Source: Chiloscyllium plagiosum (lineage: Eukaryota). Taken from it: DNA of 64,000 bases. Numbering within the stretch: position 1 is the first letter of the stretch; each line of letters begins with the position of its first letter. The notes under the pieces were generated by a model. The model had not been told where the DNA came from. It worked only from the letters and a program-made list of their open reading frames with translations, and did not search any database. The stretch lies in contig NC_057746.1 of assembly GCF_004010195.1 (NCBI RefSeq), positions 27,476,374 through 27,540,373 of the forward strand. The letters run 5' to 3'. This document shows, in pieces, positions 1 through 13,000 of this stretch. The translations under genes were made by a program, and so were the position numbers.

Positions 1-392
1 AGTAGGAGTATACTTAAGAGGGAAATCAGGAGGGCAAAACGGGGACATGAGATAGCTTTGGCAAATAGAATTAAGGAGAATCGAAAGAGTTTTTACAAAT
101 ACATTGAGGACAAAAGGGTAACTCGGGAGAGAATTGGGGCCTCTCAAAATCAGCAAGGTGACCTTTTATGTGGAGCCACAGAAAATGGGGGAGATACTAA
201 ATGAATATTTTGCATAAATATTTACTGTGGAAAAGGATGTGGAAAATATAGACTGTAGGGAAATAGATGGTGACATCTTGCAAAATGTCCAGATTACAGA
301 GGAGGAATTGCTGGATGTGTCGAAACAGTTAAAGGTGGATAAATCCCCAGGACCTGATCAGGTGTACCCTAGAACTCTGTGGGAAGCTAGAG
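1..392 (+). mobile_element. CR1/HER1-like LINE ORF2 fragment
   Basis: Translates as GHEIALANRIKEN..SFYKYI / VEPQKMGEILNEYF / KVDKSPGPDQVYPR. It is the same segment as the inverted copy at ~12140-12530. Confidence 0.85.
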
Positions 393-725
393 AACATAGA
401 ACATAGAACAATACAGCGCAGTACAGGCCCTTCAGCCCTCGATGTTGCGCCGACCTGTCATACCAATCTGAAGCCCATCTAACCTACATTATTCCATGTA
501 CGTCCATATGATTGTCCAATGACGACTTAAACGTACTTAAAGTTGGCGAATCTACTACTGTTGCATGCAAAGCATTCCATACCCTTACTACTCTCTGAGT
601 AAAGAAACTACCTCTGACATCTGTCCTATATCTATCACCCCTCAATTTAAAGCTATGCCCCCTCATTCTTGCCGTCACCATTCTTGGACAAAGGCTCACC
701 CTATCTAACCCTCTGATAATCTTAT
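393..725 (-). mobile_element. CR1-like LINE 3' end with (TTCTATG)n-type tail
   Basis: ORF 484-699: RGHSFKLRGDRYRTDVRGSFFTQRVVRVWNAL is the CR1 ORF2 C-terminus. ACATAGA repeats lie at 393-410. Confidence 0.85.
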
Positions 726-1399
726 ATAATGATTATATATCACTTATATATAGCGATTGATGGGCCTCTCATAAAATGCTGGCCATTATTTCAAAGGGAA
801 TGGAATATCAAAATTGGGTAATCTTGCTAAAACTATGGAAGGCACTAGTTGAACAGTTTGGGCCTGTGCTCATTGGAGTTTAACAAATGAGAATGTGATT
901 ATGAAACATGCAAGTTTCCTCAAGAGTCTGACGGGGTAGATGTGGAAAGGTTATTGCCACTCGTGGAAGACTCTAGGGCCAGAAGGCATATGCTCAGAGT
1001 AAGGGGTTAACCAGTTACGGCAGGAGTGTGGAGGAATTCCATCTCTCAGTGGATAGTGAAGCTGTAGAATTTTTTTTACGCAGAGGACTGCTGAGGTTGG
1101 GCATTAAGTACAATCAAGATTGGGAGAGACAGAATTTTAGTCTGTACTAAAAACAAACATTATGGGGAAAAGGCAGGAACGTAGAATTGTCAGATTAGCT
1201 TTAATCTCAATGATAGAACAAACTCGGTGGGCCAAATGGTTTAGTTCTGTTTCTATCTAGTATAGTCTTATGGTCCACCATGTAATTTTCTCAAATGTGG
1301 CGACACGTGTCTTTCTTTGGGTGTGAATGCCACCTATAGGCATAAGGTTGCAATTGTTAAAGCAGAAATCTTTACTTACAACTTGAAAGAACACAAAGA

Positions 1400-2975
1400 A
1401 GCACAGCAATGATGCAAAGCATACATCTGATCATGGCATTCCAGCAGCATTCTATTTGAATTTGTTATTTAAAGAATGAATCTTAATTTTAATGGATCAA
1501 CAGATCAGAGACAATGAGAAACATACTGCCAAACATCTTATCACTTTGAGGAACAAAGAATTGAAAAGAATTAAATGTTCTGTATTTCAAGTGACGACCA
1601 CAAAGATCTAGAGAAATTTTTCAAGTCCTAGGAGATTTAACTCACAGTCAAATTCAAGATTCGTAGCCTTGAGTTTATGTCATACCACTAACAGCCTGGT
1701 GAAAACATTGGCCAATTCATAGTCAGATACCGATGCTAAGAGAGAGAATGTGATTTCACTGAAGCTGACTTTGATGATGTGCTGATGAAAATGATTATTG
1801 CCTCAGCACTCATTAATCTTTCCAAAACACACTTTGGGCAAACCTAAAGATTAAAGCCTTGGTACACTGCTCGAAGGACAAATATGAAGCAATTATAGCG
1901 GAACAGCAACATTTATCAAAACATCCAAACTGTGGATTGTCTCATCCACCAAAACAGTATCCAGCAGTTTGTGAAACGTATTATATTCTACAAGAGCACA
2001 TTAAGTTGCAGTATTCAAGAAGTCCAAGTGCATTGCGAAAACCAAAGTGCAACACAATGCTCCACAGCAACATGTGAAGCAGAGCCAACCAAGGAACAAT
2101 GTGAAAGATGTTTCCAAATATCTATCCATGTTATGCAAACATGTCAACAAAATCTAGGAAGTAACAGCTTGCAGACTCCAGATATGTAGTACATACATTC
2201 AGTTTGATACATAGATGCTGTCAGAAAATCTGAAAACTTTACCTCCATACATGAGTTACGTTTCAAAGATTGATGGAAGTGCTAATATCTACCCTTAATG
2301 CAGCTTAGATGAAATGTAGTCAGCTCACTGGCACAGTGTGGTGCAGTCCATAAACTAATCGCTGATAATGGATCTGACATCCATGGAGAAAGTGAGGACT
2401 GCAGATGCTGGAGATCAGAGCTTAAAAATGTGTTGCTGGAAAAGCGCAGCAGGTCAGGCAGCATCAAAGGAACAGGAGAATCGACATTTCGGGCATAAGC
2501 CCTTCCATGTCCTGGCTTTGTCCATTTTAAATCGCTCCTCAGGGTGGACACCTGAAAACATTTATGTTTTTGATACAATGAAACTTTCTATCACTGGTCT
2601 AACAGCATGCACAAATGTACATATCATAATAATCCATGAGCTAATCAATGCCCAATTCCAACACTAAAAATTTCAGACCGCAACATGTCTGTGTGGGTTT
2701 CCTCCGGGTGCTCCGGTTTCCTCCCACAGTCCAAAGATGTGCGGGCCAGGTGAATTGGCCATGCTAAATTGCCCATAGTGTTAGGTTAAAGGGGTAAATG
2801 TAGGGATATGGGTGGGTTGCGCTTCGGCGGGTTGGTGTGGACTTGTTGGGCCGAAGGGCCTGTTTCCACACTGTAAGTAATTTAATCTAATCTAATCTAA
2901 AAACATCAAGTCCATCTATGACATGACAAACTTTGACCCAGATTTGTTTGATTCTATTGGAAATTTTAAAGGGCT
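1400..2975 (+). mobile_element. decayed Gypsy-like LTR retrotransposon gag/protease fossil
   Basis: Broken frames give LEFMSY..QPGENIGQFIVR..ECDF (gag), a CGLSHPPKQxPA zinc-knuckle remnant, a KID..SANI protease-like motif and DLFDSIGNFKG. Interrupted by inserts at 2386-2505 and 2685-2900. Confidence 0.6.
2685..2900 (+). mobile_element. HE1-like (V-SINE) 3' part with (TCTAA)n tail
   Basis: GGGTTTCCTCCGGGTGCTCCGGTTTCCTCCCACAGTCCAAAGATGTG core followed by a CR1-derived tail. Confidence 0.85.
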
Positions 2976-3771
2976 GGTAGTACCTCATAACTAACATCAT
3001 GAGACAGGTTCTGCCTAGCAGGATATATAGAACTGTTTCTAGGAGGAGTTAGCCAATTGTTTTCAGTCTTGAAGCAGTTTTGCAGTGACAGTTGTAAGTG
3101 TGAAGTCTATGTAACTAATAGTAATGTGCACTTCCTGTTACGTTTTCATAAAGTTCTTTTGTGAAACTATGTGATTTCATAGTTATTAAGCACTAAGTAA
3201 CAATCCTTTATTGTTTATCAAGATTGAGCCAGAGGGCAGTTAAGAATTGCTGTGTGTCTAGAGTCATGTATAGGACAGGCCAGGTAAGGACAGCAGATTT
3301 CCTTCCCTGAGGGACATTAGATTTTTGTTTAATGATAATCAACAGTGGTTATATGGTCACCAGCTTTGTAATTCCATATTTTTAGTGAACTTAAATTTCA
3401 CCAACTGCCATGATGGGGATGGAATTCATGTCACCAGAGTATTAGTCTGAGTCTCTGCACTTGCTAGCCCAGCAACAAAATGACTAGTCACTGCCTCCCC
3501 AGTATACTATTGCAGTGCTTGCACAGTTACATTGCATCCTGTGCTGATGAGCTCTCGGGATATGTGAATGGAGCATCTTTTACAAACCTGGGATTCAGGC
3601 TATGGGCAAGCGAGTTTGACCCTTCAGGATTCAGACATGCACATTTTTCTTCCTAGATGTCACAAGAACACTTGGATCATAGACAAACAAAAGACACCAT
3701 TTTGCTACCTTAGTCCCCTCCACTCTCCCAATCCCTGAATTGGGAAACAGTTGGTGACTGACTAAGTGTAG

Positions 3772-4792
3772 ATTAGAATGGTGCTGGAAAAGCACAGCTG
3801 GTCAGGCAGCATCCGAGGAGCAGGAAAATCGACTTTTCAGGCAAAAGCCCTTCATCAAGAATAGAGGCAGGGTGCCTGCAGAGTGGAGAGATAAATGAGA
3901 GGGGGGTGGGGGTGGGAGAAAGTAGCATAGAGTCCCCACCCATTTCCGCAAAGACCATTCCCTCCATGACTACCTAGTCAGGTCCACGCCCCCCCCAACA
4001 TTGCACCCTCTCTTCCTGGCACGCCCCCCCCAACGCCACTGCAGGAATTGCAAAACCTGTGCTCACACCTCCATCCAAGGCCCCAAAGGAGACTTCCACA
4101 TCCATCAGAGTTTTACCTGTTGTATCCGTTGCTCCCGATGCGGTCTCCTCTACATTGGGGAGACTGGACGCCTCCTAGCTTTAGGGACACCTGCACCAAT
4201 CAACCCCACCATCCTGTGGCCCAACATTTCAACTCCTCCTCCCACTCCGCCGAGGACATGCAGATCCTAGGCCTCCTCCACCATTGCTCCCTCACCACCC
4301 AACGCTTGAAGGAAGAACGTCTCATCTTCCGCCTCAGAACACTTCAACCCCATGGCATCAATGTGGATTTCACCAGTTTCCTCATTTCCCCTTCCCCCAC
4401 CTTACCCCAGCTCCAACCTTCCAGATCAGCACCACCCTCATGACCTGTCCTACCTGCCTATCTTCCTTTCCACCTATCCACTCCACCCTCTTCTCCGACC
4501 TATCACCTTCACCTCTACCCCATTCACCCATTGTACTCTTTGCTACCTTCCCCCACCCTCCTCTTTGACTTATCATCTCCATCCTCACAACATTCACCTA
4601 TTGTACTCTATGCTACTTTTTCCCCACCTCCACCCCTCTCATTTATCTCCCCACTCTGCAGGCACCCTGCCTCTATTCCTGATGATGTGCTTTTGCCCAA
4701 AACATTGATTTTCCTGCTCCTTGGATGCTATCTGACCTGCTGTGCTTTTCCAGCACCACTCTGGTTTCCAGCATCTGCAGTCCTTGTTTTTA
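3772..4792 (+). mobile_element. Penelope-like retroelement 3' portion (GIY-YIG endonuclease) with inverted terminal copy
   Basis: CIRCSRCGLLYIGETGR and QHFNSSSHSAEDMQILGL..RLKEERLIFRLRTLQPHGINVDF. 3775-3930 is an inverted copy of 4610-4760. Confidence 0.85.
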
Positions 4793-6049
4793 CCTAAGGT
4801 TAAAGTGGACAACTTACTGGGATATCAAAAGGAAGTGGAAATTAGAGCTTAGAGAAGATTGTGAAGGTAAAAGCCACATTTATTTATTGCTTGCTTCAAG
4901 TGCACTTTTGGTCAGGGATCTTAAAACTCTCCCTGTTATTACAGCTTCTGCAGGCCAAATTAAAGGGATTAGATCTCAAATGTTAGAACTGAAATGTATG
5001 GATTGACCCACCATAGTGTCAAAAGCTCTCCCTCACCAAAACAAATTGTCAATCAGGACATTTACCTCAAATGAACTACCTGCGTATTAGCTCCCTCAAA
5101 CTAGATATCCTTCTCTTCCTGTTCCTGGGAGGTGCATCACATCCCCAGTGGCCCTTTAGCACTTACATATTGAAACTGACATCAAGTAGTGGCTGTATCT
5201 TCATTACTTCCATCTGGGTCTAAATCCTGGAATTCCATTCCTACCAGCACTATGGGTATACACACACCCCATGGACAGCAGTGGTTCAAGAAGGTAGCTC
5301 ACTACCACCTTCTCAAGGCCAATTAGGGACAATAAATGCTCATCTAGCCAATGATTAAAGTATTACCTTGAACATTTTGTATGTAAGTAATAGCAACTCT
5401 TTTATTGCCCAATGTAAGCACATATAGCAGATTGGAATGGAACCAGTCAAACAGGTCAGTAGACAGAGTTCCTGCAAATAACCTGAAGACCATTAGCATT
5501 GTAACTGTCACATAACAGATAACACTCATACAGGTAAGGAAGCACTGCATTTTTTGGAGGTTGTGTCTTTAAAAGGGCATTTATAAATTGAGAGCACATC
5601 TGCCTTCTCCGTTCGATGTAAAACATCTCACTATTTAGATGAAAATCAGAAGAGTTTTCCATAGCTCCTTAGCTAACATTTATCTCACAATCATCATCAT
5701 TTCTGGGTGCACCAACACCAAATGGACTGCAGCAGTTCTAAAGGCAGTTCCTCAAGACTAACTAAGAATTGGCAATAAATGCTGGCAGAGCCAGTAAATC
5801 CCACATCCCATGAAAGAATAAAATTTTAAAGAAAAGATTTGGTCATTATTTATGTTTTTGGACAAATTAATTATTGCATTTCCCTACATTGCACAAAAGG
5901 CTACATTTCACGAGTACATTATTAGATGTAAAGTAATTTCAGACAATTGAATGTGTAATCTCTGGCAGACAGACATGAGACTTTTGTTATAGAATCATAG
6001 AGGTCTTCAACACAGAAAAAAAGCCTCTTGGCCCATCAAGTCTGCACCT

Positions 6050-6270
6050 TTCAAGGTCGCAGATAGATAGAACAGTGAAGAAGGTATTTGATATGCTTTC
6101 CTTTATTGGACAGAGCATTGAGTACAGGAGTTGGGAGGCCATGTTGCGCTGTACAGGACATTGGTTACGCTACTTTAGGAATATTGCATACAACTCTGGT
6201 CTCCCTCCTATCGAAAAGATGTTCTGAGACGTGAAAGGGTTCAGAAAAGATTTACAAGGATGTTGCCACA
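6050..6270 (+). mobile_element. CR1-like LINE fragment
   Basis: MLSFIGQSIEYRSWE..LYRTLV..QLWSPSYRKDV..RVQKRFTRML. Confidence 0.8.
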
Positions 6271-6869
6271 TTTTGATATTTTTTCAATGAAATTAGGATT
6301 TTGTGCCTCTACTGGCTTACATACAGTGAGTTTTGCATTATTCATCTTAAGTACAAATAACTGGATGAAGTCTTCAATATAGCCTTGAACTATCTTCTGG
6401 CGTAAAAAGTCACGACCTGAAAAATTAATTCTGTTTATCTCCCTATTGATACTGCCAGACCTGCTGAGTATTTCTAGCATTTGCTTTATTTCAGATTTGC
6501 AGCTTCTCCAGCAATGTCCAAACTTGTTGCATGGGGATGGTATACCTTTTCTACTTTTAAGTATTCTCTGCCATGTCCGTACTCTCCGAAGAAATATGCA
6601 GATAAAATCAGGACCGTGGTAAAGTCACAGCTCGAAATATGATTATTTCTGTTTGCCAACATAATGAGAGAGTGCCTTTGGCAACAACAACAGCTCCCTG
6701 TTTGACAAAGCAGGAAGTGAACAGTTGGCTTCAGACTTTTCAGGGCTGCTGTGTGGAAAGTCGAGACATCACATCGTGAGCTCCTTGCTCCATTCTCCTC
6801 AGAGTTTCTCTCTCCTTGGATCACAGCATTTGAAGGGGCCACTCACGAGTTCTGGATTGCATTTCAGCC

Positions 6870-7710
6870 CTTCCCCCCGCACTCCTGATTTGTGCCCAAA
6901 TGCCCCTGGTGCTGGGGGGAGGGAGGAGTGGGTAGGCCGGATAACCACCCTTCCACGGCGCTGCTGCTGCTCCTGGGCCTAGCTCTGACCAAACGCAGCC
7001 GCTAACAGGTCCAGGCGGGTCGCGGCGGAGGGGGTCGCTCGGCGCGGCTGCCCTGGCTGTGGCCGCCGTTGTCCAGAGCGAGAGCGAGGGCTCTCCCAGT
7101 GCCCGCCCGAGGCCGTCCGCGAGCGGCAGGCATGCGAGGGCACAACTGGCACCAGGACCAACACTTGAGTTCTACTGGCGCACCTTCCCCTCGCCTGAGC
7201 CCCGAGTTAGAGTCCATTCCCCGCTCAGCTGTAATCCTGACTGGAAGTTAAGTGAGGTGGGTGTGGGGGGGTGAAGGCGGCCTGTTAGGCCGCTGTTGTC
7301 GTGGCAACCGAAGGCCCGTCGTTAAGGAAGTGACGTCGACGAGACCTCGTATGTCGGGGGTCGGTGACAGGTGAAGGGGGGGCTCGCGGCAACGGGGGTT
7401 GTCTTTGAATCTCGAATCGTCGTTTGTCCGGGTCCGCGCGCCCAGGGAGGGGAGGACCCTGATTCGCTGGCACAAAACCGCACGCGGAAGCTTCCCAAAG
7501 CCTGGGAGAGGACGAGAGGAATAGGTGCAGGGAATAGGACTTTCTCATGAGAGCGCACCCTTTTTAGGGGGTGGGCACTGTGGCTCAGTGGTTTGTGCAG
7601 GGGCCCGGTTTCGATTCCAAACCTCGGGGTTTGCACGTCCATCCCCCGCGTGGCTTTCCTCCCATAGTCCAAACATGTGCAGTTTAGGTGGATTAGCCAC
7701 GGGAAATGCG
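6870..7710. promoter_or_regulatory. CpG island / probable FKBPL promoter and non-coding first exon
   Basis: Sharp GC/CpG enrichment. RFX X-box-like GTTGTCGTGGCAAC at 7295-7308, ETS+CRE GGAAGTGACGTC at 7326-7337, candidate donor CAG|GTGAAG at 7370/7371. Confidence 0.65.
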
Positions 7711-9361
7711 GAGTAATGGTTAGGGGGGGTAGTACATAATTGATGGACCGGATGGCCTCTTGCCGCACAGCAGATATGCTGTGATTTTTACTGAGGGAGG
7801 AGATGTGTGGCTCCCACTGGAGGCAAAGAGAGGTGGGGTTATTACTGAGTAGGATATTTGCTGAGGAGGAAGGTAACTGAGCAGAGTGTTTCTTATTCAG
7901 GATGCAGATAGGCATTTATTGAGGGAAGAAAGGTGGGTTTTATTTACCGAAGGGAGTAAGATGGGTTTATTTCTGTAGGAAAAGAGGAGGGGTTGGTTAT
8001 ACAAAATGGGAGGTAATTATGTTATTGGAGGTTGTGGAATACATTTAAGCGTGGGGTGTGACCCAACATGAAAAGCATAATCTGTTTTATTTCCAATTTT
8101 AGGATAACTTGTTTTATAGTTTTATTTAATGTGTTTTTTTTTAGTTTGGAAGAATTAAAAATTATGCTACTTCTAAAATCTTTTTTAGGTGAATGTAACA
8201 CATCTTCCTCATGCATGCTCTCTGTTTTCCTGACCTCTTACATTCGTGCTATAATGGCAGCTCCATATTTGCCTCCAGTGAGTGTATTGCTCTAATGTGA
8301 ACTTGTAGATCATGTGAGGGGAAACAAATCCAATCCGTCATTGCTGCTTATGTAAGTATTGGTGGTTTTCTGCCACTTCGTTGCAATAGTGTGAATGTTT
8401 TGCAAATTGGGAATTCTGAAATATAACTAGTTTGAATGATAGAGTAGGTTTAAGGGCTTGAACAATCTACTCTTCATAATTGGTAAGGTTGTTCATAAGA
8501 GATCAAATGTCTTCTGAAGTTAAAGAAAATAAATTTCTCCTGTGCAATGGGAAAAATGTCACTCATAGGGAAGCCAAATGTTTTTCTGGTTCTGACCTCC
8601 AGCAGGGTTCTTGAATGCTGTTTAGGTTGGAGAAGCAAGATGAGAAACAATTTCCTTCAGAAACCATAAATATTTCATATGGGAAGGGTAAATGAGTTGA
8701 AGGAATGTAAATAATAAAATATTGAAAAGTGCAGAGGAACAGAGGGACTCTGAAATGCAGATTCCTGAAAATAAATAAGAATGATCACTGGAAAGAGTAC
8801 AGCGGGATTAGCAGAAAGAAGTTTCAAGAATGTGGCTAGGTATGGAGAATTTGTCAAGAGAAACGATTGCATAGGCTGGATAGTTTGGAACAGTTTAGCC
8901 TGAGGGGAAATGAAGAGTCATCGAGACTCAAAATGTTAGCTTGCTTTCTCTCCATGGATGCTGCCTGGCTTGCTGTGATCTCCAGCACTTTTTGTTTCCA
9001 GTACAGTTCCCAGCATGTGCAGTAATGCAGTCAGGTGAATTTTGTATGTAAATCAGTGCCTATTGTTTTCTGACTGCATGGTCACAACAAGAGTCAGAGA
9101 TGCAGAACATAACAGCCCAAAAAAGATAATTTGCCCTATGGAGAACATATTGTCATATTTCTCTGTTCTGTTCACATAACCCTGCATATTTATTTCTCTC
9201 AAGTGCTCATCTAATTTCATTTGAATGTATTGATCATCTCCCCTTATTATATCACCTTCATAAGCATCACGTTTCAGGTCTTGAACAACATTAAGCAATA
9301 ACTGCCAGCAGCTTGTGGACTTCATTATTTGTTGGATCGATACCATCTGATCAGCTGCCTT

Positions 9362-9502
9362 TGTTGAGGTGATAGTTTTGGGAGAGCAATGTGAGCTAAT
9401 CCCTGCTCCAGACTTGATGAAAGTTCCTTTCAGTACTGTCAAATTTGTACACAATGCACAATGGTGAGATGGAAGTAATAATTATAAGTTGTGGAATTGA
9501 TG
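9362..9502 (+). pseudogene. permuted partial duplicate of FKBPL exon sequence
   Basis: 9376-9422 is identical to 13332-13378 (47 nt). 9430-9502 matches 12933-13003 with a few differences. Confidence 0.85.
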
Positions 9503-9977
9503 TCCCTGTTCTATATCTCCCACTGGTCTGCCTGACCAAACTTGTTATAATACATGATCATAATGAATGGTGGTGCTGGCTCGAAGGGCAGAATGGCCTA
9601 CTCCTGCACCTATTGTCTATAATACTGATGTCGGTACTCATCCTAATCTACCATCTTTCTCAAATTCCTTTCCTATCTCCCTTTCTCAATCTCATCCTGT
9701 CCATTAGACCCATCTCCTGCTCTCATGATCCCAGTTTACACTAAACAGCTGACCACCCAACCTTTTTAGCAGTGGCTATTTTCCATCAAGAAATGTAAGG
9801 TCAGCCAGGGTTCCATCTCTTGCATGTTACCCAGATACACTTTTGAAAAGTGTGTGAGACAAACACAAACAAACAAAAGTTGCGGATGATGGAGATTGAA
9901 ATAAAACAATATTAAAGATATACTCAGGTCTGGCAGTGTCTGTGGAGATAGAAATAGGGTTAACATTTTGAGTCCAA

Positions 9978-10108
9978 TGACCCTCCGACAGCGCCCACTG
10001 CCTCAGCACTGACCCTCCGACAGCGCCCGCTCCCTCAGCACTGATCCTCCGACAGCACCCACTCCCTCAGCACTGACCCTCCGACAGTGCCCACTCCCTC
10101 AGTGCTGA
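9978..10108. repeat. 32-bp minisatellite x4 (TGACCCTCCGACAGCGCCCACTCCCTCAGCAC)
   Basis: Units start at 9978, 10010, 10042 and 10074. Confidence 0.9.
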
Positions 10109-10687
10109 TTGTGGGTTGAAAAATAATGTAATGCTATTGACAAGGAGAAAGAGGAGCGAGCAGAAAAGTGAAGAATGTGCCCAAACATAGGCAAAGGGAG
10201 TGCTAATGGTAGTAAATGAGAAATATTTATGCAAAATAGATATAATTGATAGGTGTGAATGTTTAAAAATAGGTCAGATCTGAGAACAAGACCATGACAT
10301 CAGGACACATGTGGAGCAAGAATGTTCTCAAAATGGAGGATCTGGCCATGTTCATACTCTGAAGTTGTTGAACTCCACATTGAGTCCCGAAAGCTGTAAA
10401 TTTTATAAGCAGAAAACAAGGCGCTGGTCCTCGAGCTAACATTGGGCTTTGCTGTAACACTATAGTAGGAAATATTAGAATGATTTAGCGCCACACATCA
10501 AATATTTGATGTTCCTGATAAAAGCCATGGTAGCTGCCATGCTTAAAACTGTATTCAAAGCATGGAGTGTTTATTTGGGTGCTTTTTCCCTTTATCGTTT
10601 ATGGGATGTTAACATCATTGCTCATGCCCAGTTGGCCTTCATGACGTCATGATGAGCTATCTTAAATGTTGCAGTGCGTATGACTTA

Positions 10688-12700
10688 GAGTCATAGCAAT
10701 GTACAGCATTGAAACAGACCCTTCGGTCCAACCCGTCCATGCCGACCAGATATCCCAACCCAACCTAGTCCCACCTGCCAGCACCCGACCCCTCTCACCC
10801 TAAACCTATGCCCTCTAGATCTGGACTCCCCGACCCCAGGGAAAAGACTTTGCCTATTTACCTTATCTGTGCCCCTCATAATTTTGTAATCCTCTATAAG
10901 GTCACCTCTCCGCCTTCAACGCTCCAGGGAAAACAGCCCCAGCCTGTTAAGCCTCTCCCTATAGCTCAATTCCTCCAACCCTGGCAACATCCTTGTAAAT
11001 CTTTTCTGAACCCTTTCAACTTTCACAACATCTTTCCAATAGGAAGGAGACCAGAATTGCATGCAATATTCCAACAGTGGCACAACCAATGTCCTGTACA
11101 GCCGCAACATGACCTCCCAACTCCTGTACTCAATACTCTGACCAATGAAGGAAGCATACCAAACGCCTTCTTCACTCTCCTAGCTACCTACGACTCCGCT
11201 TTCAAGGAGCTATGAACCTGCACTCCAAGCTCTCTGTTCAGCAAGACTGTCTCAGACCTGAAGAAGGGCTAATGCCCGAAACGTCGATTCTCCTGTTCCC
11301 TAGATGCTGCCTGACCTGCTGCGCTTTTCCGGCAACACATTTCCATGTCTCAGACCTTGCCATTAAGTGTATAGGTCCTGCAAAGATTTGCTTTTCCAAA
11401 ATGCAACACCTCGCATTTATCTGAATTAAACTCCATCTGCCACTTCTCAGCCCATTGGCCCATCTGGTCCAGATCCTGTTGTAATCAGAGGTAACCCTCT
11501 TCGCTGTCCACTACACCTCCAATTTTGGTGTCATCTGCAAACTTACTAACTGTACCTCATGCTCACATCCAAATCATTTATGTAAATGACAAAAGGTAGA
11601 GGACCCAACACCGATCCTTGTGGCACTCCACTGGTCACAGGCCTCCGGTCTGGAAAAAAACCCTCCACTACCACCCTCTGTCTTCTACTTTTGAGCCAGT
11701 TCTGTATCCAAATGGCTAGTTCTTCCTGTATTCCGTGAGATCTAACCTTGCTAATCAGTCTCCCATGGGAAACCTTGTCGAATGCCTTACTGAAGTCCAT
11801 ATAGATCACATCTACAGCTTTGCCCTCATAATCCTCTTAGTTACTTCTTCAAAAAACTCAATCAAGTTTGTGAGACATGATTTCCCATGCACAAAACCAT
11901 GTTGACTATCCCTAATCTGTCCGTGCCTTTCCAAATACATGTACATCCTGTCCCTCAGGATTCCCTCCAACAACTTGCCCACCACCAACGTCAGGCTCAC
12001 CAGTCTATAGTTCCCTGGCTTGTCCTTACCACCCTTCTTAAATAGTGGCACCACGTCAGCCAACCTCCAGTCTTCCGGCACCTCACCTGTGACTATCAAT
12101 GATACAAATAACTCAGCAAGAGGCCCAGCAATCACTTCTCTAGCTTCCCACAGAGTTCTAGGTTACATCTGATCAGGTCCTGGGGATTTATCCACCTTTA
12201 TCCGTTTCAAGGCATCCAGCACCACCTCTGTAATCTGGACATTTTGCAAGATGTCTCCATCTATTTCCCTACAGTCTAAAACTTTCATATCCTTTTCCAC
12301 AGTAAATACTGATGCAATATACTCATTTAGTATCTCCCCCATTTTCTGTGGCTCCACACAAAGGCCGCCTTGCTGATCTTTGAGGGGGCCTATTCTCTCT
12401 CTAGTTACCCTTTTGTCCTTAAATATTTGTAAAAACTCTTTAGATTCTCCTTAATTCTATTTGCCAAAGCTATCTCATGTCCCCTTTTTTTCCCTCCTGA
12501 TTTCCCACTTAAGTGTATTCCTACTGCCTCTTCTAAGGATTCACTCAATCTATCCTGTCTATATGCTTCCTTTTTCTTAACCAAACCCTCAATTTCTTTA
12601 GTCATCCAGCATTCCCTATACCTACCAGTCTTTCCTTTCACCCTAACAGGAATATACTTTCTCTGGATTCTCGTTATCTCATTTCTGAAGGCTTCCCATT
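10688..12700 (-). mobile_element. CR1/HER1-like LINE, ~2 kb 5'-truncated, frameshifted RT
   Basis: [61 protein letters not shown]. Confidence 0.92.
11258..11345 (+). mobile_element. Penelope-derived mini-insert with minimal hammerhead ribozyme core
   Basis: CTGAAGA-A-GGGC-TAAT-GCCC-GAAAC-GTC at 11258-11285. Flanking direct repeat TGTCTCAGACCT at 11248-11259 and 11346-11357. Confidence 0.7.
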
Positions 12701-13000
12701 TTCTATTTTTAGGTATTTAGGTGCTAGACTTCTGGTAATTTTTTTAAAAGCCATTAACAGGAAGCAGTGTGCTGAAGAAATGTTGTGAACATATTTTATT
12801 TTTCAGAAGTAAACTGCAGGTCCTTCTTGAGTGCTTTGATTTCCATATTTTCTCTCCTTACAGATGCTGACAGACCTGCCGAGATTTTCCAGCATTTTTC
12901 TCTTTTGATTTCCATATTGGACTTGGGAGCCATCAGTACTGTCAAATTCGTACATAATGCACAATGGTGAGATGGGAGTAATAATTTAAATTGTGGAGTA

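Noticed and set aside
6979-7915. Multiple ORFs up to 197 aa in the CpG island
   Set aside because: Expected from high GC, low-complexity translations, and partly SINE-derived.
9978-10108. CRISPR-like periodicity
   Set aside because: Contiguous tandem units without unique spacers, in a eukaryotic context.
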